This document shows positions 1 through 9,199 of a stretch of DNA of 22,624 nucleotides, one piece after another (position 1 is the first letter of the stretch; the number at the start of each line of letters is the position of its first letter). A model generated the notes under the pieces. That model saw only the letters and a list, made by a program, of their open reading frames with translations, did not search any database and was not told the DNA's origin. This stretch comes from Candidatus Thorarchaeota archaeon (GTDB taxonomy: Archaea > Asgardarchaeota > Thorarchaeia > Thorarchaeales > Thorarchaeaceae): positions 1-22,624 of the forward strand of contig SDNP01000038.1 in the NCBI GenBank assembly GCA_004524445.1, written 5' to 3'. The translations under genes were made by a program, and so were the position numbers.

Positions 1-777
1 ATTCCGCGCGCGTATGATTTAGTTGGGGATATTGCAGTACTTGAGGTCCCAGAAGAACTTGATGCAGTTAAAGAGCAAATTGGGGAGCACTTCTTGAAGA
101 TCCACCCGAATTTTGAAACCGTTTTGAATAAGAAGGGTGCCATTTCTGGTGTTGTGAGAGTAAGAGAATACGAATTACTGGCCGGTGTCTACAAGACTGA
201 TACTATTCACACCGAATATGGCTGCAAAATTGCAGTGGATTTGGCAAAGGCATACTTTAGCCCTCGGCTGCTCGAAGAACATCACCAAGTTGCCCAGCAA
301 GTTGAGGACGATGAGCTAGTAATTGACTTATTTTGTGGCGTTGGTCCATTCCCCCTTCATATCACAAAAAGGTCAAGAGCTGGAGTTATGGCAGTTGACA
401 TAAATCCTGAAGCCATTCAACTCCTGAAGAAGAGCATTGAACTAAACCAACTCATAGGTGAAATACAGACCGTAGTGTCAGATGCACACAAGTTCGCTCA
501 GACATCGCCCCCACATATCGCCAATAGAATAATCATGAACCACCCCTCTGGAGCTGAGAAATTTGTTTCCGACGCTTGCCAGTTGATTAAGCCTGGGGGG
601 GTGATTCACTACTACGATTTCATGGCTGAACCCAATCCAGAAGAGCAGATGCTGACAAGGGCTCGAAATCTGATCGAGGCAAACAATAGAAAGTTGATGA
701 AGATTTCACGAGTAAGAAAAGTGCGTGACAGTGCTCCACACGAATATCAGATGGTGGCAGATCTTAAGATCCAGTAA
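1..777 (+). CDS. trm5: tRNA (guanine37-N1)-methyltransferase, Trm5/Met-10+ family (5' partial)
   Basis: Frame is open from base 1 (IPRAYDLVGDIAVLE, Trm5-like). Contains YFSPRL, the SAM motif DLFCGVGPF, VDINP, IMNHP and IHYY. The ORF-track start at 94 is internal. Confidence 0.88.
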   Translation: MPRAYDLVGDIAVLEVPEELDAVKEQIGEHFLKIHPNFETVLNKKGAISGVVRVREYELLAGVYKTDTIHTEYGCKIAVDLAKAYFSPRLLEEHHQVAQQVEDDELVIDLFCGVGPFPLHITKRSRAGVMAVDINPEAIQLLKKSIELNQLIGEIQTVVSDAHKFAQTSPPHIANRIIMNHPSGAEKFVSDACQLIKPGGVIHYYDFMAEPNPEEQMLTRARNLIEANNRKLMKISRVRKVRDSAPHEYQMVADLKIQ

Positions 778-1192
778 GGAACCTTAATTCGCAGTCAATC
801 TCAACATCAGACCTCGCAATTCTGTCAATGAATTTCCGACTCAAATCTGCTGCTGCCTTGTCAGCACCCACCATCAGTGTCCTATCACACTCGTATCCAC
901 TGGTTCTAGCCACCATACTAACAGAGTCTTTGTAGGTCAACCCTGGAGACCCATGCCCGATGACAATCTCCTTGATATTACCACTTCTCATTTCGAGTTC
1001 AATAACCGTCGCTCTTTTGGTAGCAATATACAGAACCTCTTCGGATAGGTCATTAAGTGCAATTGAACATCTTACTCCTACTATACAGGTGCCAGCTGTG
1101 GTTAGATAATCTTCCTTTGTTAGCTCCATTGTTGATTTGTGAGTGCTAAGGATATTTTCATGTCCCCGTGCAGAGAAAATGACTCGAATCAT
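764..1192 (-). CDS. DUF371 family protein
   Basis: ARGHENILSTHKSTMELTKEDYLT..GTCIVGV, SMVARTS and RTLMVGADKAAADL match the archaeal DUF371 pattern. ATG at 1192; GTG at 1198 is an alternative. Confidence 0.85.
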   Translation of the reverse strand: MIRVIFSARGHENILSTHKSTMELTKEDYLTTAGTCIVGVRCSIALNDLSEEVLYIATKRATVIELEMRSGNIKEIVIGHGSPGLTYKDSVSMVARTSGYECDRTLMVGADKAAADLSRKFIDRIARSDVEIDCELRFLTGS

Positions 1193-1249
1193 ACTCACTA
1201 TTATTTCTCAATGCTTTTATCAATCCAGTCATTATTAGAAATGATTCCT

Positions 1250-1927
1250 ATGAGTGAGAATGAGTTATCCCAGAAGAAACAACAGCTCATTGATAGCCTG
1301 AAAAAGAGGGGATATCTAGAGAGCGAAAATGTGATCCGTGCATTTAAGAAAGTACCTCGGGAGCAATTCATTCCCCCCGGAAAGCGGGGGATGGCGTATC
1401 GTGATCATCCGTTACCTATCGGGCATGGTCAGACTATTTCTGCTCCTCATATGTGCGCAATAATGTGTGAGCGCCTTGGCCTTGAAGAAGGGCACAAGTT
1501 ATTAGAGATTGGCGCTGGGTCGGGATACCATGCTGCCTTATGTGCAGAGATTGTTGCGCCAGCTGGCTCATCTAACCCCGGTCATGTCTATACTATAGAA
1601 ATCGTAGAAAGACTGATTGACTCTGCCCGTGATAGTCTTGAAAATGCTGGGTATTCCCAACATATATCATTGATACATGGAGATGGAGGACAGGGGTATC
1701 CTGTTGAGGCACCATTTGATAGAATTCTAGTCACAGCAGCAGCACCATCAGTTCCGCAACCTTTGATAGATCAATTGAAAAACAACGGTCGAATGCTGAT
1801 TCCTGTAGGGTCACGAGGCTTTTATCAAGAACTCATGATGATTGACAAGGATTCGAACGGCAAGATTAGCAAAAAGAAATGGGGTGGCGTTGCATTCGTT
1901 CCACTTACAGGTGAATTTGGCCACTAA
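1250..1927 (+). CDS. pcm: Protein-L-isoaspartate O-methyltransferase
   Basis: VPREQF, AYRDHPLPIGHGQTISAPHM, LEIGAGSGY, APFDRILVTAAA and VAFVPL motifs. Start is likely ATG 1250 (or 1241); the 1139 start would overlap DUF371. Confidence 0.95.
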   Translation: MSENELSQKKQQLIDSLKKRGYLESENVIRAFKKVPREQFIPPGKRGMAYRDHPLPIGHGQTISAPHMCAIMCERLGLEEGHKLLEIGAGSGYHAALCAEIVAPAGSSNPGHVYTIEIVERLIDSARDSLENAGYSQHISLIHGDGGQGYPVEAPFDRILVTAAAPSVPQPLIDQLKNNGRMLIPVGSRGFYQELMMIDKDSNGKISKKKWGGVAFVPLTGEFGH

Positions 1928-2604
1928 GTCGCGAGGTGCAAAGGAACCAAGGCGAGTTCTACTTTATCACCATCTTTCAAATTTAGTTTCTTGCGAATAT
2001 TCATGGGTGCAATGACCTCCAGAATATCCTTTCCATGATGAGTTCTTTGGGCAAGAACGATTGCGGCCTCGATCTTTCCATTAACAAGCACTCTGTAACA
2101 GATTACATCACCGAACGTTCGTCCCTCTTCTCTGAAACCTTGAACAACTAAAGGTGGAGAATGTTTCATTCTACTTACTGCCTGCTGAGCCGTTTCGCCT
2201 GAAACTTTTACGTTGAGAGTACCGAGATAGGGTTTGAATCCCAACGACTCCTCAAATCGGTCAGAATACATATCCACATAGTATGCCCCCTCTCCGAGAC
2301 CTCCTACAACAGTACCTTCAATTCTAATTTCATCCTTTGGTGGAGCAAAGGCAATCTCAAGGTTACTAAATACCCGTGCCAATTGATTGCGTCCTTTTTC
2401 TGTAAGTCTAATACTCATTCCACTAGCAGTGTGTACTCGCACTACATAGCCTTCTTCCAGAGATGTCGCAATCCGTCGTGATGCAGTTTGTTGGCTAACG
2501 CCGAGATCATCACCCAACTCACTGGTTTTTACTATGACACTCTCATGAATGGCTCCTTTCATTGCTAGTTTATACAACGCAAACCAGATTTCAGGCTCAA
2601 TCAA
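1924..2604 (-). CDS. ribK: CTP-dependent riboflavin kinase with N-terminal winged-HTH (RbkR-type)
   Basis: N-terminal HTH (ELGDDLGVSQQTASRRI). Kinase motifs GLGEGAYY, LGFKPYLGTLNV, RTHH and LEVIAP..IRKKLNLKDGD. TTG start preceded by GGAG. Confidence 0.92.
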   Translation of the reverse strand: MIEPEIWFALYKLAMKGAIHESVIVKTSELGDDLGVSQQTASRRIATSLEEGYVVRVHTASGMSIRLTEKGRNQLARVFSNLEIAFAPPKDEIRIEGTVVGGLGEGAYYVDMYSDRFEESLGFKPYLGTLNVKVSGETAQQAVSRMKHSPPLVVQGFREEGRTFGDVICYRVLVNGKIEAAIVLAQRTHHGKDILEVIAPMNIRKKLNLKDGDKVELALVPLHLAT

Positions 2605-2631
2605 TACAATCCATCTCCAGTAATCATATTC

Positions 2632-3264
2632 CTACTTTGTATCGAGCCGATTTTCAAAATTGGCTAGTTGCTCTATCAGCTTTTCTTGTCTCACCGCTGT
2701 CGTGACATCCCCTCTAGTTTTTTCGACGATTCTCCTTGCAACATCAGACTTCCTTCTTAGATTACGGACAAGCGAGTCAGGGAAGTCGAATGTCTGTAGT
2801 TCCTCGAGAATATCCTCCATGATGCTGAGAAGTCCTTTGGCGCCATCAACATCATCGCCTCTCAGAAGTTCCAGAGATGCACGTCTCAGCTCTCCTATTG
2901 TATCTGCAAGTCCAGTGAGGTACGGTCGGGCAGGAATACTATATTCTTCTGGGCCTGTCAATCTCCGTTCATTGAGTATGGAGAGGACATTTACTGCCTC
3001 AGTTAACTCTTGATATGCTGTATCGAAGTACTTTGAAACGGTAACAAACTTGCTCTCACTTGCTAGTTGTCTTCCTTTCTGAATCAGTTCGTACGCTTCA
3101 TCTACTTTCTTATGTGCATCATCGAACTGACCACGATGAGATGCCTTTACGGACTGACCGCATAGTCTGACAGCATCTCTAGAAACAGGAAGCACCTTCT
3201 CTCTAACCTCATCATCTGCTTCTATTTCTTTTCTAATCGGCTCTAGCAGTTTACCTATGTCCAT
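2632..3264 (-). CDS. Archaeal translin/TRAX (C3PO-like) RNA-binding nuclease
   Basis: All-helical 210 aa with REKVL..SR, YQELTEA, YLTGLADTIGELRR and LRRKSDVAR motifs. ATG at 3264 avoids overlap with tyw1. Confidence 0.88.
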   Translation of the reverse strand: MDIGKLLEPIRKEIEADDEVREKVLPVSRDAVRLCGQSVKASHRGQFDDAHKKVDEAYELIQKGRQLASESKFVTVSKYFDTAYQELTEAVNVLSILNERRLTGPEEYSIPARPYLTGLADTIGELRRASLELLRGDDVDGAKGLLSIMEDILEELQTFDFPDSLVRNLRRKSDVARRIVEKTRGDVTTAVRQEKLIEQLANFENRLDTK

Positions 3265-3283
3265 CCTTTTCCCCGTCGTATCT

Positions 3284-4267
3284 CTATCCGAGCCTCTTAA
3301 TTTGTTTTCGCCGCGACAAAAGCACAACTTTGCTCTCGATTTGTTCATCCAAAAGATAGTATCCCGTCAATGCCGCCAATTTTTCTGAGAATGCTCTGAT
3401 GTCATTATGTGATGGAGAATTGGTGATAGATAACCTCCCTCTGGATGAACCAATGTTCATGTATGCTTTAATCTCCACAAAATCCGGTTCTCCAACAAGT
3501 ATCATGTCGGCATAGGAGCGCACATCATGCATATTCCTCTGTGCGACCATGGTAAGACGATTCACAGTCCTGCAACTGATGCTCTGTAAAAGCTCTTGAC
3601 TTTGCAACAATTTCTGCCATGCATCATTAATCAGAGGGTGAAGAAGCTGCCGATGGGTTCTCTCATCAGGAGCAGCAATTGTAACGTATAGCTGAGTTGG
3701 AGGCGTGATTTCTTCTAGAACTTCAGGAAGAGTTCCATTCGAAACCAGAAAGGAAGTCATTCCTCTGTTATCAATTTCATCTATCAACTCACTTAAATCG
3801 GGATAGAGTGTAGGCTCCCCCGCAAGTGAGATTGCAACATGTTTCGGATTTCGTGCTTCACGATACATCCTCTCACTCACATCAGCACCAGCTTCCGGGT
3901 TATACCCGCCGAGTGAACGGAGATTTGCCATAATTGTAGCATCAAGCAACTCCTTTGCAGGAAGTGTGTCTTCAGGCTTTACATCAATCTGATTCCAATT
4001 GACTGAAATGTCTGCAGGTGTCACTCGCCAACAAAAGTCGCACACTTGTGTGCATTTATCAATTAGAGGCGTCATTTGAAGACAACGATGTGACTCAATC
4101 CCGTAGAATCGTTGCTTGTAGCAGGTATCCCCATACAAGAGGCTCTTTTTCTGCCACTGACACGCCTTGAATGCACCACGTTCGCCCAAGAGATGGTATC
4201 CTTGACCAAGGAGTTTCTCTCGTAGTTGGGATGGCATGGTGGTATCCAAGACTCTCATCAAATGCAT
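3284..4267 (-). CDS. tyw1: 4-demethylwyosine synthase Tyw1/Taw1 (radical SAM)
   Basis: CYKQRFYGIESHRCLQMTP, CTQVCDFCWR (CxxxCxxC), HVAISLAGEPTLYP, FLVSNG and FVEIKAYM..GSSR. Start may be 4258 or 4237. Confidence 0.95.
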   Translation of the reverse strand: MHLMRVLDTTMPSQLREKLLGQGYHLLGERGAFKACQWQKKSLLYGDTCYKQRFYGIESHRCLQMTPLIDKCTQVCDFCWRVTPADISVNWNQIDVKPEDTLPAKELLDATIMANLRSLGGYNPEAGADVSERMYREARNPKHVAISLAGEPTLYPDLSELIDEIDNRGMTSFLVSNGTLPEVLEEITPPTQLYVTIAAPDERTHRQLLHPLINDAWQKLLQSQELLQSISCRTVNRLTMVAQRNMHDVRSYADMILVGEPDFVEIKAYMNIGSSRGRLSITNSPSHNDIRAFSEKLAALTGYYLLDEQIESKVVLLSRRKQIKRLG

Positions 4268-4330
4268 GACTTATTGGCATCTATATCAGCATTTGGCAAT
4301 GTGCGATTTCTACCGGGGATAAAGAAATGG

Positions 4331-5575
4331 CTAGTTTTCTTCAAGTTGCTTTCCCAGCAATTCTTGGTTGTACCAAGACCCCGTCATCATACCTCTTCTT
4401 GAGAGGTCGCCCAACTTCGACCTTACCTGTTCAGGTAGTCTGCCTGCAGGCTCATGTTCAAACTCACTACCCGGCAAAGGCATGAAAATATGACCGTGTA
4501 TCTTTGCCCCCATTTCTACTAGTTCATAGCAAAGTTCAAGGGTCTTCTCAAGCCTTTTCTCAGATTCTCCTGGAAGCCCAAATATCATGTCAACATGAGG
4601 AGTGAAACCGTTCTGTAAGGCACAAACAACTGCATCTACTCCTTGTTCAACAGTGTGGTGTCTATTCGAAATCTGAAGTACTCGATTACTCCCCGATTGG
4701 ATGCCTATTTGCAGACTGTCATTTGCCACGTAATTTCGAAACATTTTGAGCAAAGAATGATTAACAAACTCTGGCCGTACTTCCGAGGGAAACGACCCAA
4801 AGTATAACTGATCCAGACCATCTACAGAGGTGGCCCTATTTAGAAGGGCTTCTAGTTTTTCCGGGTTTGGTTTTGCCCCTCTCCCACCGTAGCACAAAGC
4901 ATTCGGAGAAAGCAACCAAGCTCGCTCAAAGCCACTTCTCATTACTGCTTCTCGTAGCCAATGCACAATATTCTCGATACTGCGGTGTCTGACAATCCCT
5001 CCAGACAGGAATGGTGTGGCGCAAAATTTACATCGGAAAGGACACCCTCTTGTGACCTCTATTGGACCAACTACGTTCATTCCCAGCGCGAATGGAGGAT
5101 AGAGGTCAAGGTCAACCTGCATGAGATCTCTAGGTTTTGGCACATTTTTTGTACCGGTGGTGACCACTCCTGGGATATCACTCACATCACCTTCATCCAA
5201 TATTCTCCCAAGAAGAGCCGGAAAGGCATACTCCCCCTCTCCCACAACTACAAAATCAAAGCCCATTTCAAGAGCATCTCGGGGCCTTGCTGTGCTATGC
5301 GGTCCTCCTGCCACCAAAATTACATTGTTACCGTATTTTTTCCTAATCTGTTGTACTTCATTTCGGACTCGTGGAACTTGTGTGCTCATGACAGAGAAAG
5401 CGGCTATGACATGTCCGTGCTTCAGTCGGTTGGCGATGACCGAGTTAAAGCCCCTGACGGGAGCTTCAATGTGCAAATTTTCGAAACGCTCATCTACCTC
5501 GATAGCCCCTAATAATGCAGCAAGACTATATCTTGACTTATGATGGGCTCTAAAGACCAACGAATTAGATGTCAA
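4331..5575 (-). CDS. B12-binding domain / radical SAM protein (TIGR04013, MJ_1487-like)
   Basis: N-terminal cobalamin-binding-like domain (VAGGPH, VVVGEGE). IEVTRGCPFRCKFC, FPSEVRPE, GIQSGS, DMIFGLPGE and HIFMPLPGS motifs. Confidence 0.85.
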   Translation of the reverse strand: MTSNSLVFRAHHKSRYSLAALLGAIEVDERFENLHIEAPVRGFNSVIANRLKHGHVIAAFSVMSTQVPRVRNEVQQIRKKYGNNVILVAGGPHSTARPRDALEMGFDFVVVGEGEYAFPALLGRILDEGDVSDIPGVVTTGTKNVPKPRDLMQVDLDLYPPFALGMNVVGPIEVTRGCPFRCKFCATPFLSGGIVRHRSIENIVHWLREAVMRSGFERAWLLSPNALCYGGRGAKPNPEKLEALLNRATSVDGLDQLYFGSFPSEVRPEFVNHSLLKMFRNYVANDSLQIGIQSGSNRVLQISNRHHTVEQGVDAVVCALQNGFTPHVDMIFGLPGESEKRLEKTLELCYELVEMGAKIHGHIFMPLPGSEFEHEPAGRLPEQVRSKLGDLSRRGMMTGSWYNQELLGKQLEEN

Positions 5576-5589
5576 TTAAAACACAAGCA

Positions 5590-6183
5590 CTACTCTTCAA
5601 CGGTCTTTTCTTCAACGCCGTCCTCAGTAACAATCATGACTTGGATATCTCCGCCAGATTGTACGTCTCGTGCAATACCCGCCCGAACCGCATTGACAGA
5701 AATATCTTCAGCCTTTTTCAGAGTTAGGCCTTCCTCATATTCGTTCTCAAGGACACCAAGTGCAGTCCTGGTCCCAGTACCCACAGCAGTGAAATCGTCT
5801 GGCATCAGCGATCCGCCCATATCCAAAGAATACAATGCCGGGCCGTCTTCATCTACGCCTACGATGAGAGTCTGCACAAATAGTGGAGCAAATCTTCTCG
5901 CGTAGAGCGTGTTAGCAACCATCTTTGCGAGGGTCTTGACTGAAATGCTTTTCTCTCGCTCAAGTTCATAGAGTTTGATTTGTGCCTTTAGTCTATTAAC
6001 TAGCATCTGATAATCCGAGGTCAAACCAGCAGATGCAAGTACAATTGAATCAGTAAGCTTGAATGCTTTGACACCCTTTTCACTAAGAACCATGGTGCCC
6101 CAGCTGATGAGAGAATCAGTAGCGACTACTACACCATCTTCACACTTTATGCCCACTACAGTCGCGCCTGTTGGTAAACTCAT
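5590..6183 (-). CDS. psmB: Proteasome subunit beta, predicted non-catalytic (Thr1 replaced by Ala)
   Basis: G-ATVVGIKCEDGVVVATD, AGLTSDYQ, GPALYSLDMGG, AVGTG and RDVQSGG give an Ntn-hydrolase beta-subunit pattern. Confidence 0.93.
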   Translation of the reverse strand: MSLPTGATVVGIKCEDGVVVATDSLISWGTMVLSEKGVKAFKLTDSIVLASAGLTSDYQMLVNRLKAQIKLYELEREKSISVKTLAKMVANTLYARRFAPLFVQTLIVGVDEDGPALYSLDMGGSLMPDDFTAVGTGTRTALGVLENEYEEGLTLKKAEDISVNAVRAGIARDVQSGGDIQVMIVTEDGVEEKTVEE

Positions 6184-6300
6184 TATTCTTCATTCCTGCT
6201 CTGATTTGACTTCTACAATTTAGGGGCTGTTCCATTCCTTTTAAAAGATGTTCTATAACCTGTTTGAGTTGAGAAGCATACTCAATTGGTGGCGCATAAA

Positions 6301-7374
6301 ATGGCATCTCTTAATCCGTTCAAGGACATCCCCCCTATTTTGACAGCTGAGGAGATTATAGAGTATGCACATAAGCACTCAAAGAAGCTGAGCATGAAAA
6401 GTTCCTACCAGCTCACGAAGGTAGATCGTACAAAAATCCGTGAGGTTGCAAGGCTTCAGGAGTTTGTCAAGCTGGTCAAGACAAAACTGAAACAGATAGT
6501 AGAAGAGTTTCCATCACTTGATAACTTGCATCCGTTCTATATGGAATTGGCTGAGATCCTCATTGGAATTGATAAACTGAAACGGTCGCTAGGAGCGGTC
6601 TACAACTGCATTCCCCCTATCAATGATATTGCGGATAATCATCTTGAGGCCATCAAACTATCGAAGGATTACAAACGAATGAAATGGAGTCGCAGTGCAG
6701 CAAAAGGAAGAATTGCATCTATAGTAGAGAGCACATCTGAAAACATTGACTTCATAATCCACGCAAAAACCGCGCTATCGAAACTTCCAGGCATTCTTCC
6801 AGATTCTCCTACCATTGTATGTGCTGGGTTTCCAAATGTTGGGAAATCTACTTTGGTACGACAAGTTTCCACAGCTGAACCAGAGATTGCCTACTATCCA
6901 TTCACGACCAAGAACGTAATCATTGGTCATCTGAAAATAGGAGACCATATGGTGCAAATTGTTGACACCCCTGGTGTGCTAGACCGTCCAATGAGTAAAA
7001 GAAATGATATTGAAAAACAAGCAATAACTGCTCTCAAGTATCTTGCAGATGTCATAGTATTTCTAATCGACCCGTCTGAAACCTGCGGATGGAATATCAA
7101 CGATCAAATGGGTCTACTGAATGAAGTACGAAGAACATTTCCTCTTGTACCAACACTAACAGCTCTCAACAAAGTGGATATCACTCCTGAAGACAAATTG
7201 AAGGATGCCCGTGAACTACTCCCAAACGTCTATGAAATATCCGCCTTGAGCGGGGATGGTGTAGGAGTTCTTTTGAAAGATGCAACAGGAGAAGTGGACG
7301 TTAAATCAATGGATGAAGCTATAGAAGAGTACTTGGAATCAATCAAGAAGGGTGATTCCAACCCCTTTGATTGA
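6301..7374 (+). CDS. NOG1-family GTP-binding protein (ribosome biogenesis)
   Basis: FPSLDNLHPFY, G1 GFPNVGKS, YPFTT, DTPG.LDRP, DPSETCG, NKVD and ISA motifs. ATG at 6301. Confidence 0.93.
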   Translation: MASLNPFKDIPPILTAEEIIEYAHKHSKKLSMKSSYQLTKVDRTKIREVARLQEFVKLVKTKLKQIVEEFPSLDNLHPFYMELAEILIGIDKLKRSLGAVYNCIPPINDIADNHLEAIKLSKDYKRMKWSRSAAKGRIASIVESTSENIDFIIHAKTALSKLPGILPDSPTIVCAGFPNVGKSTLVRQVSTAEPEIAYYPFTTKNVIIGHLKIGDHMVQIVDTPGVLDRPMSKRNDIEKQAITALKYLADVIVFLIDPSETCGWNINDQMGLLNEVRRTFPLVPTLTALNKVDITPEDKLKDARELLPNVYEISALSGDGVGVLLKDATGEVDVKSMDEAIEEYLESIKKGDSNPFD

Positions 7375-8406
7375 GATAACTCCAGTACCATCCGGTTTCG
7401 TTTCAATCTTATTTTCAACACCTAGAATCTGTTCCGCCACCCATATATTGGTCTTAAGATGAGACGAAATCTCAGACACACCAATCCTACTAGTCCCTTC
7501 TGCGATTGCAAAATATGGTACAAGCATATCTGCCAAATGCATATCAACCGCCATCCCTGCTAAGATTTCTTCTAGCAGACGTTGGGCCGCCTCTTCTCCT
7601 ACTCTTTCGGCCCTTTTCCCTCTCTTGCCTAGACTATCAGCACCCAATCGACAGCCATCTCTAGATTCGGCCCAAAGAACAATACCACTTCCCGCTCCCA
7701 AATGAGGATCTTTCTTCTTGGAATATGTTTCAATCTCAATATCTATGTTTTCGATGCCTTGCTTCTCTAGCGTTTCCTTTGCTGCCTTTGCTTGCCTCTT
7801 GGCCACATGATTCGGAAGTCGAACACAGTGCGATATACCTCGGATGTGTTTCAATTCTCCAAATTCAATCATATCGAGCGGTTTGATATGTTCAACAGGC
7901 TCTATGGTGGCTATCACCTCACCACCCCCTCTTGGATAATGTCCCCTCTGCTCCACATCAAAATGAGTTCTTGGTCCCATTTTTTCCAGAACCCACGCAA
8001 AGACATGGTTCATATAATCCATTGGAGGACTCCATGCAACATCTGTTCCCCCTTTAAGATTGAATTGAACGGGATTCGGTGATAGAACTGCCGGTGGAAG
8101 CACTGCTTGTAGAAGCAATGATAGAGATCCTGCTGTTCCGACATCTTGAGTGAATTGTCCATGAGTCCGTTTCTTTGGAACAAATTCCACCTCTTTGGAG
8201 CCAACCTGTGCACCTTTGATTTCTGCGTTTACTAATTTGCCTGCCAGCTTTATGCCCGCCAAATGTTGTTTCTTCAATCCTGGTTTTGGTCTACCCGCGC
8301 GAATGCTTGTAATCCGAATTGAATTCATAGTTAAGGCTGCAAGTGAAATGGAGGTCCTCAGAATCTGACCTCCACCTTCTCCATGGGAACCATCAATCTC
8401 TATCAA
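7339..8406 (-). CDS. rtcA: RNA 3'-terminal phosphate cyclase
   Basis: IDGSHGEGGGQILRT, RAGRPKPGL..QHL, GGTDVAWSP, RGHYPRGGG and catalytic DMHLAD. TTG start after GAGGT. Confidence 0.96.
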   Translation of the reverse strand: MIEIDGSHGEGGGQILRTSISLAALTMNSIRITSIRAGRPKPGLKKQHLAGIKLAGKLVNAEIKGAQVGSKEVEFVPKKRTHGQFTQDVGTAGSLSLLLQAVLPPAVLSPNPVQFNLKGGTDVAWSPPMDYMNHVFAWVLEKMGPRTHFDVEQRGHYPRGGGEVIATIEPVEHIKPLDMIEFGELKHIRGISHCVRLPNHVAKRQAKAAKETLEKQGIENIDIEIETYSKKKDPHLGAGSGIVLWAESRDGCRLGADSLGKRGKRAERVGEEAAQRLLEEILAGMAVDMHLADMLVPYFAIAEGTSRIGVSEISSHLKTNIWVAEQILGVENKIETKPDGTGVISIKGVGITLLD

Positions 8407-8522
8407 ATTACGCGACCTCTATATTTGATTAGTACTGTAGTCTTTAGAAACCCTCCCCTCTCGTATAATCGACGGTGCCTAATCCTTATTTATATGACAA
8501 GGTTTCTTGACAGGGTGAAAAA

Positions 8523-9047
8523 ATGCGTTCGGTCTTCATAGGTCGTTTTCAACCGTTCCATAAGGGGCATCTACACACCGTTAGGCAGATTATTGAGAAG
8601 GATGAAGATCTCATAATCGTCATTGGAAGCTCTCAATATTCTCACACCCCGAACAATCCGTTTTCAGGAGGAGAACGCGTGATGATGATTAGAGCGGCTC
8701 TTCTTGAAGCTGGCCTTCCTATGGATCAAATCGACATAATTCCACTCTCTGATATCCACATCCATCCCCTTTGGGTATCACACCTCAAGAGTTTCGTTCC
8801 CTACTTCGATAAGGCATATACGCACAATCCATTGGTGCGACGTCTGTTCACTGATGCCGGTGTTCCAATCGATGAAACTGACCTGCTGAAGCGAACAGCT
8901 TACAGCGGCAATCATGTCCGGGACCTCATCAAATGGGAAAATGACGAGTGGGAGGCCCTGCTTCCGAATGCAGTGGTTGAGATAATCAAGAAGAATAAGC
9001 TGGATGAACGCATCAGGCAGATTGGTGACACCACTCTAAAGAAATAG
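8523..9047 (+). CDS. nadM: Nicotinamide-nucleotide adenylyltransferase (archaeal NMNAT)
   Basis: GRFQPFHKGH, IGSSQYSHTPNNPFSGGER, NPLVRRLF and WEALLP motifs. Confidence 0.93.
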   Translation: MRSVFIGRFQPFHKGHLHTVRQIIEKDEDLIIVIGSSQYSHTPNNPFSGGERVMMIRAALLEAGLPMDQIDIIPLSDIHIHPLWVSHLKSFVPYFDKAYTHNPLVRRLFTDAGVPIDETDLLKRTAYSGNHVRDLIKWENDEWEALLPNAVVEIIKKNKLDERIRQIGDTTLKK

Positions 9048-9199
9048 AATCGTACAAGACAGACTTTAAATAAGGAATTATATCGAGATAAAATCGGTGG
9101 ACGTTAATGCTAGGTGAATGCGTTCCGAATATTAGTTAGTCTTGTTCTCTGTCCTAGTCAGTATAATATCTTTAGAAAGAATTGCATAGAGATGATGGT

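Noticed and set aside
9054-9145. Long-range pairing ACAAGAC/GTCTTGT upstream of proS (possible structured leader)
   Set aside because: The pairing is short, its 5' arm lies upstream of the likely TATA box (TTTAAATA), and there are no T-box-like motifs.
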